This document shows positions 13,201-24,700 of a stretch of DNA of 64,000 nucleotides, piece after piece. Numbering within the stretch: the first letter of the stretch is position 1; every line of letters starts with the position of its first letter. The stretch lies in contig OZ037765.1 in assembly GCA_964035545.1 (NCBI GenBank), positions 27,713,504-27,777,503 of the forward strand, given 5' to 3'. The translations under genes and the position numbers were made by a program. The stretch comes from Bugula neritina. Its lineage: Eukaryota; Animalia; Bryozoa. The notes below the pieces were generated by a model. It was given only the letters and a program-made list of their open reading frames with translations. It did no database searches and had not been told where the DNA came from.

Positions 13201-16200
13201 AGTAAAATGAAGGAATGGATAAATTAAAAAAAATACAAAGAGGCTTTAAATGTTTAGTTTAGTTTTGAATTTTTCTCAGCTATTCAATCAAAGTTGAATG
13301 TGAAACTGAATACAGTTCATATACAGACACATTCACGGGCTTTCCATGTACCGATCTCAGATCGATCTCGCTGAGATCGATCTGAGAAATGTGCTCAGAT
13401 CGATCGTTTTTCCATGAGAGTGTCAGATCGATCTCGCGAAGTTGCCTCCTCTTAAGTGAAGGATACTTTAAAAGTATAATTTGTTCACCTATTTGAGTGA
13501 TTAAAGCTACTACTGTTGAAAACAAGATGGTCGTAGTCTAAAATTTAATCCCAGCGATAAACTATACGTAGCAAAGCTTTCAGTGTATAGTAATTTGGCC
13601 AATTTAAAATAATTAATTTTAATTTTTTAGTTTGACAGCTTATATAAAATTAATGGCTGTCTTGCAGATTATTAATAAACTTACAGGACTGTTAGGCTTA
13701 AAATTACAAAGAAAATAGCTAATGAAACTAAGTTTTAATAGCCATTTAAACTCAATTTAAATTCTTCCATTTTTTTACCTTCTACTGCATATAATTGAGT
13801 TTTCTTAATCATTGTACTGAAAGTCAAAGTTTTGGTATCTGAAAAGGTGGCTATCATAATTATTTAATACTTTGCTTAGTAATTATCAATAAGTTATCAT
13901 TTTTATTAGCAGACAACATTGTAGCGCGCAGTCTTTTTCTACTTCTCAGATCGATCTGGCGTCTTTCCATGGTCTTATTGACATGAGATCGATCTGAGTT
14001 CGAGCTCCACAGACCGACCAGCTCAGATCGACGGAGAACGATCTTTGGCGTCTTTCCATGGATCGATCTCGCTAAGATCGATCTGAGATCGGTACATGGA
14101 AAGCCGGTGATTATTATTTAATTTAAATCAGAAGACCACCACCTGTGGTTTGGTAGTCAGGAAGGATCTTGAAGCAGTAATAATTACACATTACTTAATA
14201 TTACAGCAGCTTCTGTGCCAACTTTCCGCTATAAAACTCATGCAAGTGTATAGTCACTATCTCTGTAAGAAATCCCGGAAGGTTACTGACACAGGAGCTC
14301 TTCCTAACATTACCAATGGCCTTTACTAGAGTTTGAACCCATGACTCCATGCTTACTAAGCCATGCACTCTAACCCTTAGACCTCAGCTGCTCCCTGTGC
14401 TAACACTCTACTACACCAATAGATAGATCAATCATACTGAAGCACAGTTACTGCTTTGTATTTTTTTTTTTAGAAAATTCCTTTAAATTCTCAAACCACA
14501 CAAAATGAGCAAATGACAATAAGCTAGCCTATATCCCAGTGAATAAAATTATGAGTCTTTACCTTGAAGTATGCATACATCACGATCTCTTTCTCATAAG
14601 TATATTTGAGAGGTTTACACCTGGGGATGCCATCATCATCACTGCATGTTGTTATTGCAGTACACCTTCGTAACCTAGCAATATCACCTCTTAGAATGTT
14701 CATTATAACAGTTTCTGCGATATCATCCGCATTATGACCTACAAGTACAAATATATAATTTAATTTTAATAATCAACGCTACTTTAGTTCTCAATGAGGT
14801 ATGTACAATAAATTGAAACGGCTTTCAAATAAAAAAAGGCAAAATCAAAATAAAACAAGTTATGGCTAAGCGTGGCCTTAGCAGCTAGAACATGATGTGG
14901 TTCGGATTTGTCTAGTGCAGTACATGTCAACAATAAATGAACTCTTAGTTCTGGGATTTAAAATACAGCCAATTAGATTGGGTTGGCATTATCAATGGAA
15001 ATATAGTCACTGAGGAACCATAGTAGCACCAAGACACAAATACAGTAAATACCCCTCCATGTGAATAGCTTAGAACAGATGTTGTCTCACCTCTAAACTT
15101 AGACCAATGAAGATGAGAAATATTACTTTCAAACAAAAAGTTAAAGCTAAATATATAACATCAGAAGCAAAACAGTGCTGTCAGCACAGTTACTAGCATA
15201 TTTATATATTAAGAATGCTTCTACAGCTCTAAGAGTAATCAGAAGAGTAACCTTTACTAAACTAGAATTTATCAAACAATAACTGAAAAACAGGCCTAAT
15301 ATATATTAACACATGTCAGTGTATGCTGTGTGTATAGCAGCTGGCTCAGCCCACAACAGAGTACTGTGGCCTAGGCCTATGCCTATGGCAGAAACTAATG
15401 TTACTATTGAAGCACAGATAATATATAATTATCACTATTTACCAAGAAGATGGTCACTTTATTATGTTAAAATGCTTCATATGATAATTTTTATAGTGAT
15501 TCAACTTTTAACCTGATTATATTTTATTTAAAACATTACCAGTGCATATTTTATCAGCTTTGATAAGATTTGCTCCCCTGTCCAGGGCCTGTCTTCGAAA
15601 TACGCCACAAAACGTACAGTTGTTTTTCATTCCAATCTGTCTGACTATTGAATCCATAGACCAGTTGTAGAGCTCCTGGTATGAAACTATTTTCAAAGGA
15701 AGTGAATACTGTTCCTAAAGTAAAGTGTTTATCAGAACTTTTAATTCCAGTTGCACCAGACCAATATTTTAGCACACAGTTTTTACAGGTTGAAGTTTTG
15801 GCAAAAAATGACCTAGAACGAAAAGAAAATGATAATACATCAGATTGGCAAAAAAAATCAATGCTTTTACTTGAGAGCACAAATTCACACGCATTAGCTC
15901 TGGAATTTATAAAAAAAATTCCAACAACAACTAGATTATGTGAAGTTAGTTTCCTCTACTACAACTAGATACAAATAATCTAGGGCTACTGATTTTAATA
16001 TCAATGACTATAAAGACATACAAATACTGTATGCTAGTTTTTTCTATGTTTCTTTGGGTATAAGAATGCTATCTATTTGCATTAAATTTAGTTTATGCAA
16101 GAACTTATAAAGTAAAATAAGTTTATCTAACTTTGCACATATTCTATATGCTAAGCATAGTTTTGTACCTTATTTCTTTTAACTGTTTCCAAGCTATCAT

Positions 16201-16583
16201 CTCTGTAACCTGTAATGCCCTCGTCAACAGATAGGAGAACTAGATTCAACCCATAGCTGTACTTTTCATTTAATAATTTCATAATATATGCCAGCACAGT
16301 ACTATCTTTACCACCTGTGAATTAAGGAGCATAATGCCAGTGTGAATGGCATATGTGTTGAAAAGTTCAAAAATTAAAATTTCTATTTAATACCATCTGT
16401 AACATACTTACCACTAGCTCCAATAGCTACCGTTTCACCAGAAGAAAAAAGATTTCCACTTATAATAGTTTGATGAATTTCCTCCTCAAACATATAGAAG
16501 AAGCAATTTTTGCACAGCTTGGAACCATTCTTAGGGCGCTTGAGTATTGCTTTTTCAGGGCATAGGTCACAAAATAGTGGCAT
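10238..16583 (-). CDS. CTU1: Cytoplasmic tRNA 2-thiolation protein 1; 6 exons: 16583-16412, 16314-16169, 15714-15540, 14738-14563, 11498-11370, 10588-10238
   Basis: Motifs CDLC...CKNCF, PP-loop [67 protein letters not shown] and [16 protein letters not shown]. All introns are GT-AG and in frame. Confidence 0.97.
10680..10812 (+). repeat. Old dispersed repeat, similar to 47430-47552
   Basis: Shared blocks TAGCCTAAG.TCTTT, TTTGGTTGAG, ATCTAGAACACAGG, AATTTCTC and ACTGCACC in the same order in CTU1 and NRAMP introns. Confidence 0.55.
12750..13193. repeat. 33-bp minisatellite, ~13 copies, in a CTU1 intron
   Basis: Unit TCTATATATTCTCTACATTCACTACTGTTAGTG with a few shorter variants. Confidence 0.95.
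13334..14109. mobile_element. Non-autonomous TIR element (MITE), possibly CACTA/CMC-like, 776 bp
   Basis: TIR CAC(G/C)GGCTTTCCATGTACCGATCTCAGATCGATCT at both ends, ATT on both flanks (3-bp TSD), and many subterminal AGATCGATCT palindromes. Confidence 0.8.
14232..14396 (-). mobile_element. tRNA-derived SINE, internally deleted copy
   Basis: Reverse complement begins AGGGAGCAGCTGAGGTCTAAGGGTTAGAG...GGGTTCAAACTC; homologous to 43032-43250 and 54930-55145. Confidence 0.75.
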
Positions 16584-18484
16584 GATGTTTCAATGTCAAC
16601 TTTACATTGACAGTCCCCTGTTCAAAATAAAATTTAACATTTTTTATTTTGCAACACCAAAGTCAACTGTATACATGTGAACAAATGATCTTTTATTAGC
16701 CTTGCAAACAAATAGTGCTTGTATAACATATAGACAAAATTAAGTATGACCAAAAGATTAATTGATCAAAAACGATTATAATCGACCCAATGAGAATTAT
16801 TGAATTGTGGTTGCCTTGGGTTGAATAATGAATATACGACTCTCAAGCTGTATTTGACTTGCAGGTAAGATATCTCTGCAGATTCAATACTGCATCAATG
16901 TACTAAGTAGCTGTGATTTAAGCAATGTTTAAAGTTTAAACTATCCAAACCTAGATAATAATAATTTAAATTATATAACAATTCTGAATAAATAAACATC
17001 ACTGTTTTTATTACTATTAGTATTAGTGTTACTGTTGCCTACTAGTAGTAATACTATAGTCTATAGGTATTACTATCACTATCAGTAATTACTAAGTATA
17101 ATTAATCATTGCTAGAAAGTAAAAAGATTTACTATCTCAATAAATATATTTATGGCTATAATTATAATAAATTAAACTATGATACTATGTCTATTAGTTA
17201 CTAGTATTATTATTAGTATCAAAATACTATTAGTATTACTATTACTCTTACTTTTAGTTTTACAAATACTGTTGTCTGTTAGTGTTACTGTTACATTTAC
17301 TTTTACTTTCACTATAACTATAAGCATAAGCCTAAGGATAATATTAATTATTTATGATAATGATCATCATTATAATTATAATAATAAATAATATTAACAA
17401 TGTGAATGATAATCATAATCACAATTGATTTACTATAACTAAAAGATTAAGTATAAATATTAATAACTATAATTAATAATATCAATATGATATTGTAATT
17501 CTGATATTCAAAATTCGTTAAACTTAAAGTTAACGATTAATCACTTTGACTTAGAGTTATTGTTACTATTACACTTACTGCTAGTGTTACACTTACTCGC
17601 TTACAGTTAGTATTACTGCAGTAGACTAACAGTAACTGCAAGCGTAACTCTAAGACTTGGAGTTACTGCTAAAGCTAGTGTGAGTGTCTGAGCTAGTTTC
17701 AATTTGAATAATTATAAATTCAAATTGAATTTAATTTATTCAAACTAATTCTAAAAAAAGTAGATTTTGAACATTAAATAGCTATGGTCATTGTAAGTAA
17801 ATCCTTTTAGCTCTTACAGTTAAATAAAGCTTACTGCTGAAGTAACAAATACTTTATTTCTACTTTCATTTATTTTTAATGACGCAACATGAACACAATT
17901 CATTTTGTCCATGACACCATTAATAGGTGTGCGAAATGGGCTCGCTCTGAATTACATAAAATGCTTAGTCTCTAAGAAAAGCTGCTTGCGATACATTTAC
18001 ATATGGGCGCATATTTTATTAATCTATTACTTTTAAATTATTATGGAAAATTATCAAATAAAAAACAAACATTAATAATTGACAGACTTATTAAAAATCT
18101 CAAAATATAGAGAGCGTAACTACAGAGGAAATTGTCTGCGTCGAGCAGACAGTTCTATTTGTTATGTGCATGCAAGCAGTAACCCCAAAAGACAGTACAC
18201 ACAATACTAATCTTTTCTTAGTGATGAGAACTTGTAATTTAAATTGGCACTTTTTCTTGTGGTGTGTAGTGCCAATACAAGTTTGTCATAGTAGAAGAGC
18301 TTTTGACTATTTCTCTGGCTGCAAATAACTCAGCAAAACATAGACATTTGTAAAGATGCTGTCGAATTACAAAAGGCCGTTTCTTGGCATCAAGAATCTA
18401 AAAGGCTCTCCACTAATCAGCTGATCAGACAATTTGCATCTTATTTTAAGCATGCAATAAATGCATAGCTATCTCATTTATCGT

Positions 18485-19709
18485 GATTCAAACACTTATA
18501 AAATATTTCCACATAACTTAAATTATTTTACAAAAAAATGCTAAAGTTAGAGAGCACAATTACAAAATTATTAAAAATAACTAAGAAAAATAGTAAAACT
18601 GTTGCTATTTGTAAAACTATTGGACAATGTCTGCAGCCAAAGAAAACAAAAATACTCACACCTTTACATATATCAACTGTTGCGTTAGCATCTTATCTTA
18701 TCACTTATCTGCTATAACCAAACATCGACACATTTACTTATAAAACATTCAATATGCACTCATTTTGCATGAAATTTATAGAAAATAATATTGGCAAGCT
18801 TGTCAATTAACTGCTAAAATTTTCATATAACAAACCGATATCAAACTTAAAAATGTAATTCAAAATATTGAATTAAAAAAGTTTTATTGTTGCATTCAGA
18901 AAAAAATATGTGTAACTTATGCCACACTATACAAAGCTCAATAAAAAATAACAACACAAAATGATCCTCCATGTACATACCAAGATATTTAATTTATTTC
19001 TACAGTAAGACAAACGAAGTGTTGTACTCACTGCATTTGAATCAAAAACAGCATCAGTAGTGAAAGTTGCATTTTCACATAGATCATACTGCAACAATAA
19101 AAGGAAAAATTCTTTAGAATTAAATAAAATTTGATAGTTTTAATTAAAAAGTATGCTCTTCATGCATGCAGTTTTTCATCAGATATATTATCATAGTTTC
19201 TCTTATTTTGCCCACTGACACAGTTTTACCACAATGACTTATTATGCATGCTTCTAAATTTCATAATCAATCCTAACACAAGGAAAGCTTGTTAAAAAAT
19301 TAACTAAGGTATTTAATAAGCATGCTTTGTTATATTATAAAAAAAAATGTATGCAAGGAAAAGCAACATAAAGAAAGACGAAGAATGTTGAATATAAGGT
19401 GCTGAAGAATCAACACACATGTCAAAGTGTGTAACAAGCACAATATTTGGAATGTTTGCACATCCGAGGATATTGCACTTGGGTCATGACAGATCAGCAT
19501 AAATACTGATGAGTAGAACTGATACCAGGACACTCACTCTGGTCTTTCTGCTCACAGCCTGTCAGTCACGTAGGCACAAAGAGTTGAAGATAGTTTTGTA
19601 TGCATAATGTATGATTTGGTATTTGAGATAAACTGAACGCACATGACTAATGCTTGTTGTTTACCATTAGGGCCCAGCAACCCCAATAGAATTTCGGCTT
19701 ATCAATTTA
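18485..19709 (-). pseudogene. Orphan duplicate of NRAMP exons 8-9 and flanking introns (matches ~44815-46495)
   Basis: YDLCENATFTTDAVFDSNA versus YGLCENATFPTDGVFNPN, and ANATVDICKG versus ASATVDIHKG. Intron sequence is colinear. The exon-9 acceptor region is deleted and no other NRAMP exons are seen nearby. Confidence 0.85.
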
Positions 19710-20170
19710 CTTACATTAACTCAGTGTGGTATATTTAAGAGTGTTGCCATTAGCAAATCTTACGGAATCATATGGGCGCCATTATGCCGAGATTGGTACC
19801 GCGAGTTTATATGAGTTATAAAGGAAAAATTTTGCCACTTTTGTTATTTTATTTTTTTTCTATTTTATGTGTACATTTTTTTTAATTTTTTTTATTGGTA
19901 AAGTTTTTAAACACATTTTTAATGCACATAAAATTAAAAGAAAAATTAAAACTCAATCGTGCACATAAATACAAAGCTATAAAGTTAAAGCTTCGCTGTG
20001 ATTTTAATGTGAATATGAATTGAATAATGCTTGCAATAACCATTATACACAAAATACGTTACAGTTGCTATAAATGTAAGACTAGTTAATTGGATGCAAA
20101 TAGGCACGGTAATACTACTTAATTTATGCAATTTTTGAATTTTGTAGTAAATATTTGGCATGTATATATA

Positions 20171-20262
<92 letters not shown>

Positions 20263-20876
20263 TATAATATTATTATATGTATATATATATATATATATTA
20301 TTTATAATATCATTATATATATAATGTATATAATTTAATATATAATATAATAATATATTATATATGATATTATTATATATATAATATAATACATAATATA
20401 ATAATATATTATATATATTATATATGATATTATTATATATATAATATATATATATAATATAATATATATTATAATATTATAATATATATATATATATATA
20501 TATTATATATGATATTATTATATATATAATATATTAATGTATAATATATTATTATAATATATATATATATTGTGGTGGCTCGTGGAGCTACCAGCAACAC
20601 AATACGCAAGGTTGCGTATTGACCCGGAACAATGTATTAGCCAATTAGCTAGGCTGTTTTATAAGTAATAGTAGCCGCTTCGCGCTACTAGCTCAGTTGA
20701 GGATAGTGCTGTAAACTAAATAGACGTGCGTATCATTACTGTTGTACATTGGATTTTTATTATGTATTCTTGTATTAAATATAACGATATCTACTCGACT
20801 TAACTGGTGAAGTTTCTCTAGTGTTAAATAGACTCTCTTGGTGGCACATCAACCCTAAATCTGAAAACTATAACAG

Positions 20877-20894
20877 TGGTGGCAGCGGTGGGAT
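20877..20894 (+). promoter_or_regulatory. Primer binding site complementary to the tRNA-Leu 3' end (also at 32830-32847)
   Basis: TGGTGGCAGCGGTGGGAT, one base after the LTR end. Confidence 0.85.
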
Positions 20895-20908
20895 AGTGTA
20901 TATCAAAG

Positions 20909-21775
20909 ATGGAGACTGAAAACGCTAGAATGCAACCACCCCCAGTAGAAGGTGAGCGTAGAAATGCTGTTAATCCTGTGAATTATGAAGGAGAAGAAGC
21001 TTATAGACATTGCTTGAAAGCTCCCACCTTTACTGGGTCGGAAGATGTCGAACAATTTATACAAGAATTTAGAGAGGTAATGGAAGTTGCTCAATGGCCG
21101 CATAGAGTGGCCCTCATTCAATTGCGGAGAGCGGTGACGGAGCAAGCCAAGCCGTACGGAGTGGGAACGGACGTAGACGGCATACTGGCTGCGCTGCGGG
21201 CCCGTTTTGGCACCTCCGTCATAGACGCTAGGACCAAGCTGGAGAGATTGTGCCGCACCCCGCGGACCTCGCTGCAAGAACATGCCGCGACGGTGAAGAA
21301 GCTGGCGCAGATTGCATATAGCGATCTGCCCGCACAACACCAAGAGCGTTACACTTATGACGCCTTTGTCCAGTCCCTAAACGACCTGGGCCTAGACCAT
21401 CACCTACGAGCTAAAGGGATAACCAGAATAGAGGATGCCCTGAAGGCTGGAGAAGCTTACCTGTTGGCTACCCAAATGCATCGAGCACAACGGAACCCAC
21501 CAGTAGTTGGAGTCAGCGCTGCTCGGGCTACGACAGGCTCCGAAGCCCTCCCGCTAGAAGCCGAAGTGGACCGTATGGTAGAGATGCTGGGACAATTGGT
21601 GACCATTCTGGCCGGTGCTGGCCCCGGCCAGGCCTTGCGGATGCCCCCAACACCTGTGGGGCAAGGCTGGAGTAGCGCTGATCAGGACCAGGGACAGAAA
21701 GGACGACCCCAATACCAGGGGGCGTTAAACTGTCACGGCCCGCGGACACTCTCCCTCCCCGCGGGCCGCAACTAA
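20909..21775 (+). CDS. gag: Gag (copy 1)
   Basis: Capsid-like LKAPTFTGSEDVEQFIQEF...W; first ORF after the PBS. No intact CCHC knuckle. Confidence 0.9.
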   Translation: METENARMQPPPVEGERRNAVNPVNYEGEEAYRHCLKAPTFTGSEDVEQFIQEFREVMEVAQWPHRVALIQLRRAVTEQAKPYGVGTDVDGILAALRARFGTSVIDARTKLERLCRTPRTSLQEHAATVKKLAQIAYSDLPAQHQERYTYDAFVQSLNDLGLDHHLRAKGITRIEDALKAGEAYLLATQMHRAQRNPPVVGVSAARATTGSEALPLEAEVDRMVEMLGQLVTILAGAGPGQALRMPPTPVGQGWSSADQDQGQKGRPQYQGALNCHGPRTLSLPAGRN

Positions 21776-24700
21776 AGGAGTATGGTGGAACACGCCGTCG
21801 TCTGTCCGTACGGACACGGCGGAACATTCTACCCGAGTGGCAGGTACCACGCAGGACTAGTAGGCCCGCACAACGGCCCAGTACCTTTTCCCTGCCACTC
21901 GCTAACCGGTTTCACCGGTTACCTCGGGAAGAGGAGCCCGCCACTGAAATGGAGCCAGAAGGCCCAGTGGAGAGGCCCAAACCCCGCCGGCACCAACCTC
22001 GCCGCCGGAAGCCCCGTAAACCACGGGTAAAACCCCCGCCGTCCTGTCAAACCAGGACAGCACATGCGGGGGGGGTGAAAGTACAACCACATGGAGAGAG
22101 CTATTTCCTACCCGGAAAGGTGGCCGGCAATGCCGTCACTTTCCTGCTCGACTCCGGTTGTACTACCAACCTTCTCAGTCGTAGAATCTTTGAGGCACTG
22201 CCCCGCCGGGACAGGGATAGAGTACGACCGTATACTGGAGAACATGGCACCCTGGCAGACGGGTCATGTATCCCCTTTTATGGTATTATCGAGCTCCCTG
22301 GGCGTGTCCGAGATCAGGCTGTACAGGAGACCTTCATCATAGGTCAATTGGAGGAAGATGCTATCCTCGGAATGCCCTTCTTGAAGCAACACCAGTGCCG
22401 AATAGATTTCAGTAAATCGGTGGTGCTGATGGGCGGGCGAGAACTCGCCTGTGTGGATAAGTTTGGGCGTCCTCTGGTGGGCGGTGTTCAGGTAGTTCGA
22501 AACTGCACCGTACCCGGACGCTCCAGAGCTACTATCCACTGCCGAGTGAACAGCAACCGGATAGCCAGGCTCGGGGTCGTTGAAAGCGCGCACGAAAAGA
22601 TCCAACTCGCCAGTAGTTTAAACCGACTAACTGAGCGAGGGGAGGTCTTAGTGCAGTGCGTCAACCCCTTTACCGAGCCCATTGAGCTCCCAGCTGGGTC
22701 AATGCTGGGCCGGTTCCATTCCGTCCAGGAGGAGGACGTGGGCCCGTCGCTGGGTGACGCGACGGAGGCACCCCCTCGACACCCTATTCAGGGACGAGGG
22801 GCAGTCCCAACACATCTCCGGGAGTTATACGAAACAGCCAATGGCGGCTGCGCGAGTAACAGAGAGCGCCAAGCTATGGCCAAGTTACTACGCGACTACG
22901 GTGATGTGTTCAGCAGCGGAGAGCATGACGTGGGACTGACTGGAGTTGTCAGACACGAAATACCGCTGACTGCAGGGACAGTCCCTGTCCGGCAGCCCAC
23001 GCGCAGGCTGGGGCCGGAGAAAGAGAAGGAGGTTAGCCGACAAGTACGGGATCTTCTGGACCGGGGACTGATAGAGCCCGCCCATAGTGCGTGGAGCTCG
23101 CCAGTCGTACTGGTCCGGAAGAAAGACGGCAGTTGGCGGTTCTGTGTGGACTACCGCAAACTCAATAGCGTAACCATACAGGACGCCTACCCTCTACCTC
23201 GTATTGACGAGTCATTGGACGCCCTAGCCGGCAGCAAGTACTTCAGTACGTTAGACTTGCTAAGCGGCTATTGGCAAGTTCCTCTGAGTCCCGACGCCCA
23301 GGAAAAAGCGGCGTTTATCACACGGGACGGGTTGTGGAAGTGGAAGGTGCTGCCCTTCGGGTTAACCTCCGCCCCAGCCACCTTCCAGAGGCTGATGGAA
23401 CAAGTCCTTAGCGGACTCCATTGGAAGACACTGCTGGTCTACCTCGATGATGTCATCGTAATCTCTCCAGACTTCGAGACACATGTCAGTCGTCTGCAGG
23501 AGGTTTTCGAGAAACTCCGAGGTGCCGGTCTTAAGCTCAAACCTTCCAAGTGCGCTCTATTGCAGCCGGAGGTCAAGTACCTGGGGCACGTTGTCGGTCG
23601 AAACGGCGTGGCAACGGATCCCGAAAAGGTGCGGGCAGTAGAAGACTGGGTCACCCCCCAAGACTTGACCGGACTCCGGGCTTTCTTGGGGCTGGTAGGG
23701 TATTACAGGCAATACATACCAGACTTTGCGGGCATAGCCCAGCCGTTAAACCGGCTTACCGCAAAGGGAGTGACGTGGCAGTGGACTCCAGTCGAACAAG
23801 AAGCGTTCGACCGCCTCAAGGGCTGCCTACTAACGGCGCCCATCTTGGCCTACCCAGACCCCACTCTGGAGTACATCCTAGACACGGACGCCAGTGACCA
23901 GAATGTTGGCGCTGTGTTGTCACAAGTGCAGGAAGGCCGAGAGGTAGTAGTAGCCTACTACAGCAAGTCTCTCTCTCCCGCTGAACGAAATTACTGCACT
24001 ACCCGCAAGGAGCTGCTGGCAGTAATCAAGTCAGTGAAACACTTCAGACCATACCTATATGGCAGGAAGTTCCGGCTGCGTACGGATCATGCCTCGCTGA
24101 TCTGGTTGTGCAGGAGAGCAGAGCCCTCTAGTCAGGTCGCCCGGTGGCTCGAAATCCTAGCTGAATTCTCATACCGGATCGAACATCGACCGGGCAAGAG
24201 ACACAGCAATGCGGATGGGTTGAGTCGCCGACCTGACGGAGGTTGCAAACAGTGTCTCAACATCGAGAGGAGGGATGGAGGTCCCCCACGATGCGAGTTG
24301 GAGACGCTGGCTCATCACGGAGCATCATTTGACTGGGATCAAGGTCAACTCAGGCAAAGAGTTGATGAGTCCCCGGAGGATGTACAAAACCTCCGCGCCA
24401 ACCCTGTACTGGCCGGTAATGTTCGAGAGCTGAAGAAGCTCCAAGAAGAGCTGCCTGGAGTCGTGGCAGACATATACCGGGCCAAAAGGGAAGGGCGACG
24501 ACCCAGCGAGGAACGCATACGACAGGGATGCGCCGAGTTCCGGCTATACTGTCAGCGTTGGGACTCGCTGCGGATCGGGCAGGATGGGTTGCTAACCATC
24601 TCTCTAGCTGCCAGCGGCAGACACCCGGAAAGGAAGAGGGTAGTCTGCCCCACAGCCATCCGCCGTGAGTTGATTTGGGATACTCACAAGCAGGCCCACG

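Noticed and set aside
12665-13227. Three overlapping hydrophobic repeat ORFs, and a superficially CRISPR-like periodicity
   Set aside because: They arise from a 33-bp minisatellite in a CTU1 intron. There are no unique spacers and the context is eukaryotic.
15554-15968. ORFs 15554-15880 (-) and 15681-15968 (+)
   Set aside because: Off-frame or antisense overlaps of CTU1 exon 3 and intron 2.
17179-17391. Leu/Ile/Thr-rich ORF resembling a membrane protein (also 52058-52366)
   Set aside because: Low-complexity AT-rich sequence with no splice or homology support.
20126-20338. IYIYIY ORFs (also 28782-29088, 39913-40101, 48442-48624)
   Set aside because: Translations of (TA)n microsatellite.
21782-22030. 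In-frame ORF after the gag stop (also 33735-33983), suggesting stop readthrough
   Set aside because: It ends after ~82 codons without Pol motifs. Pol is in the -1 frame and has a slippery site and stem-loop.
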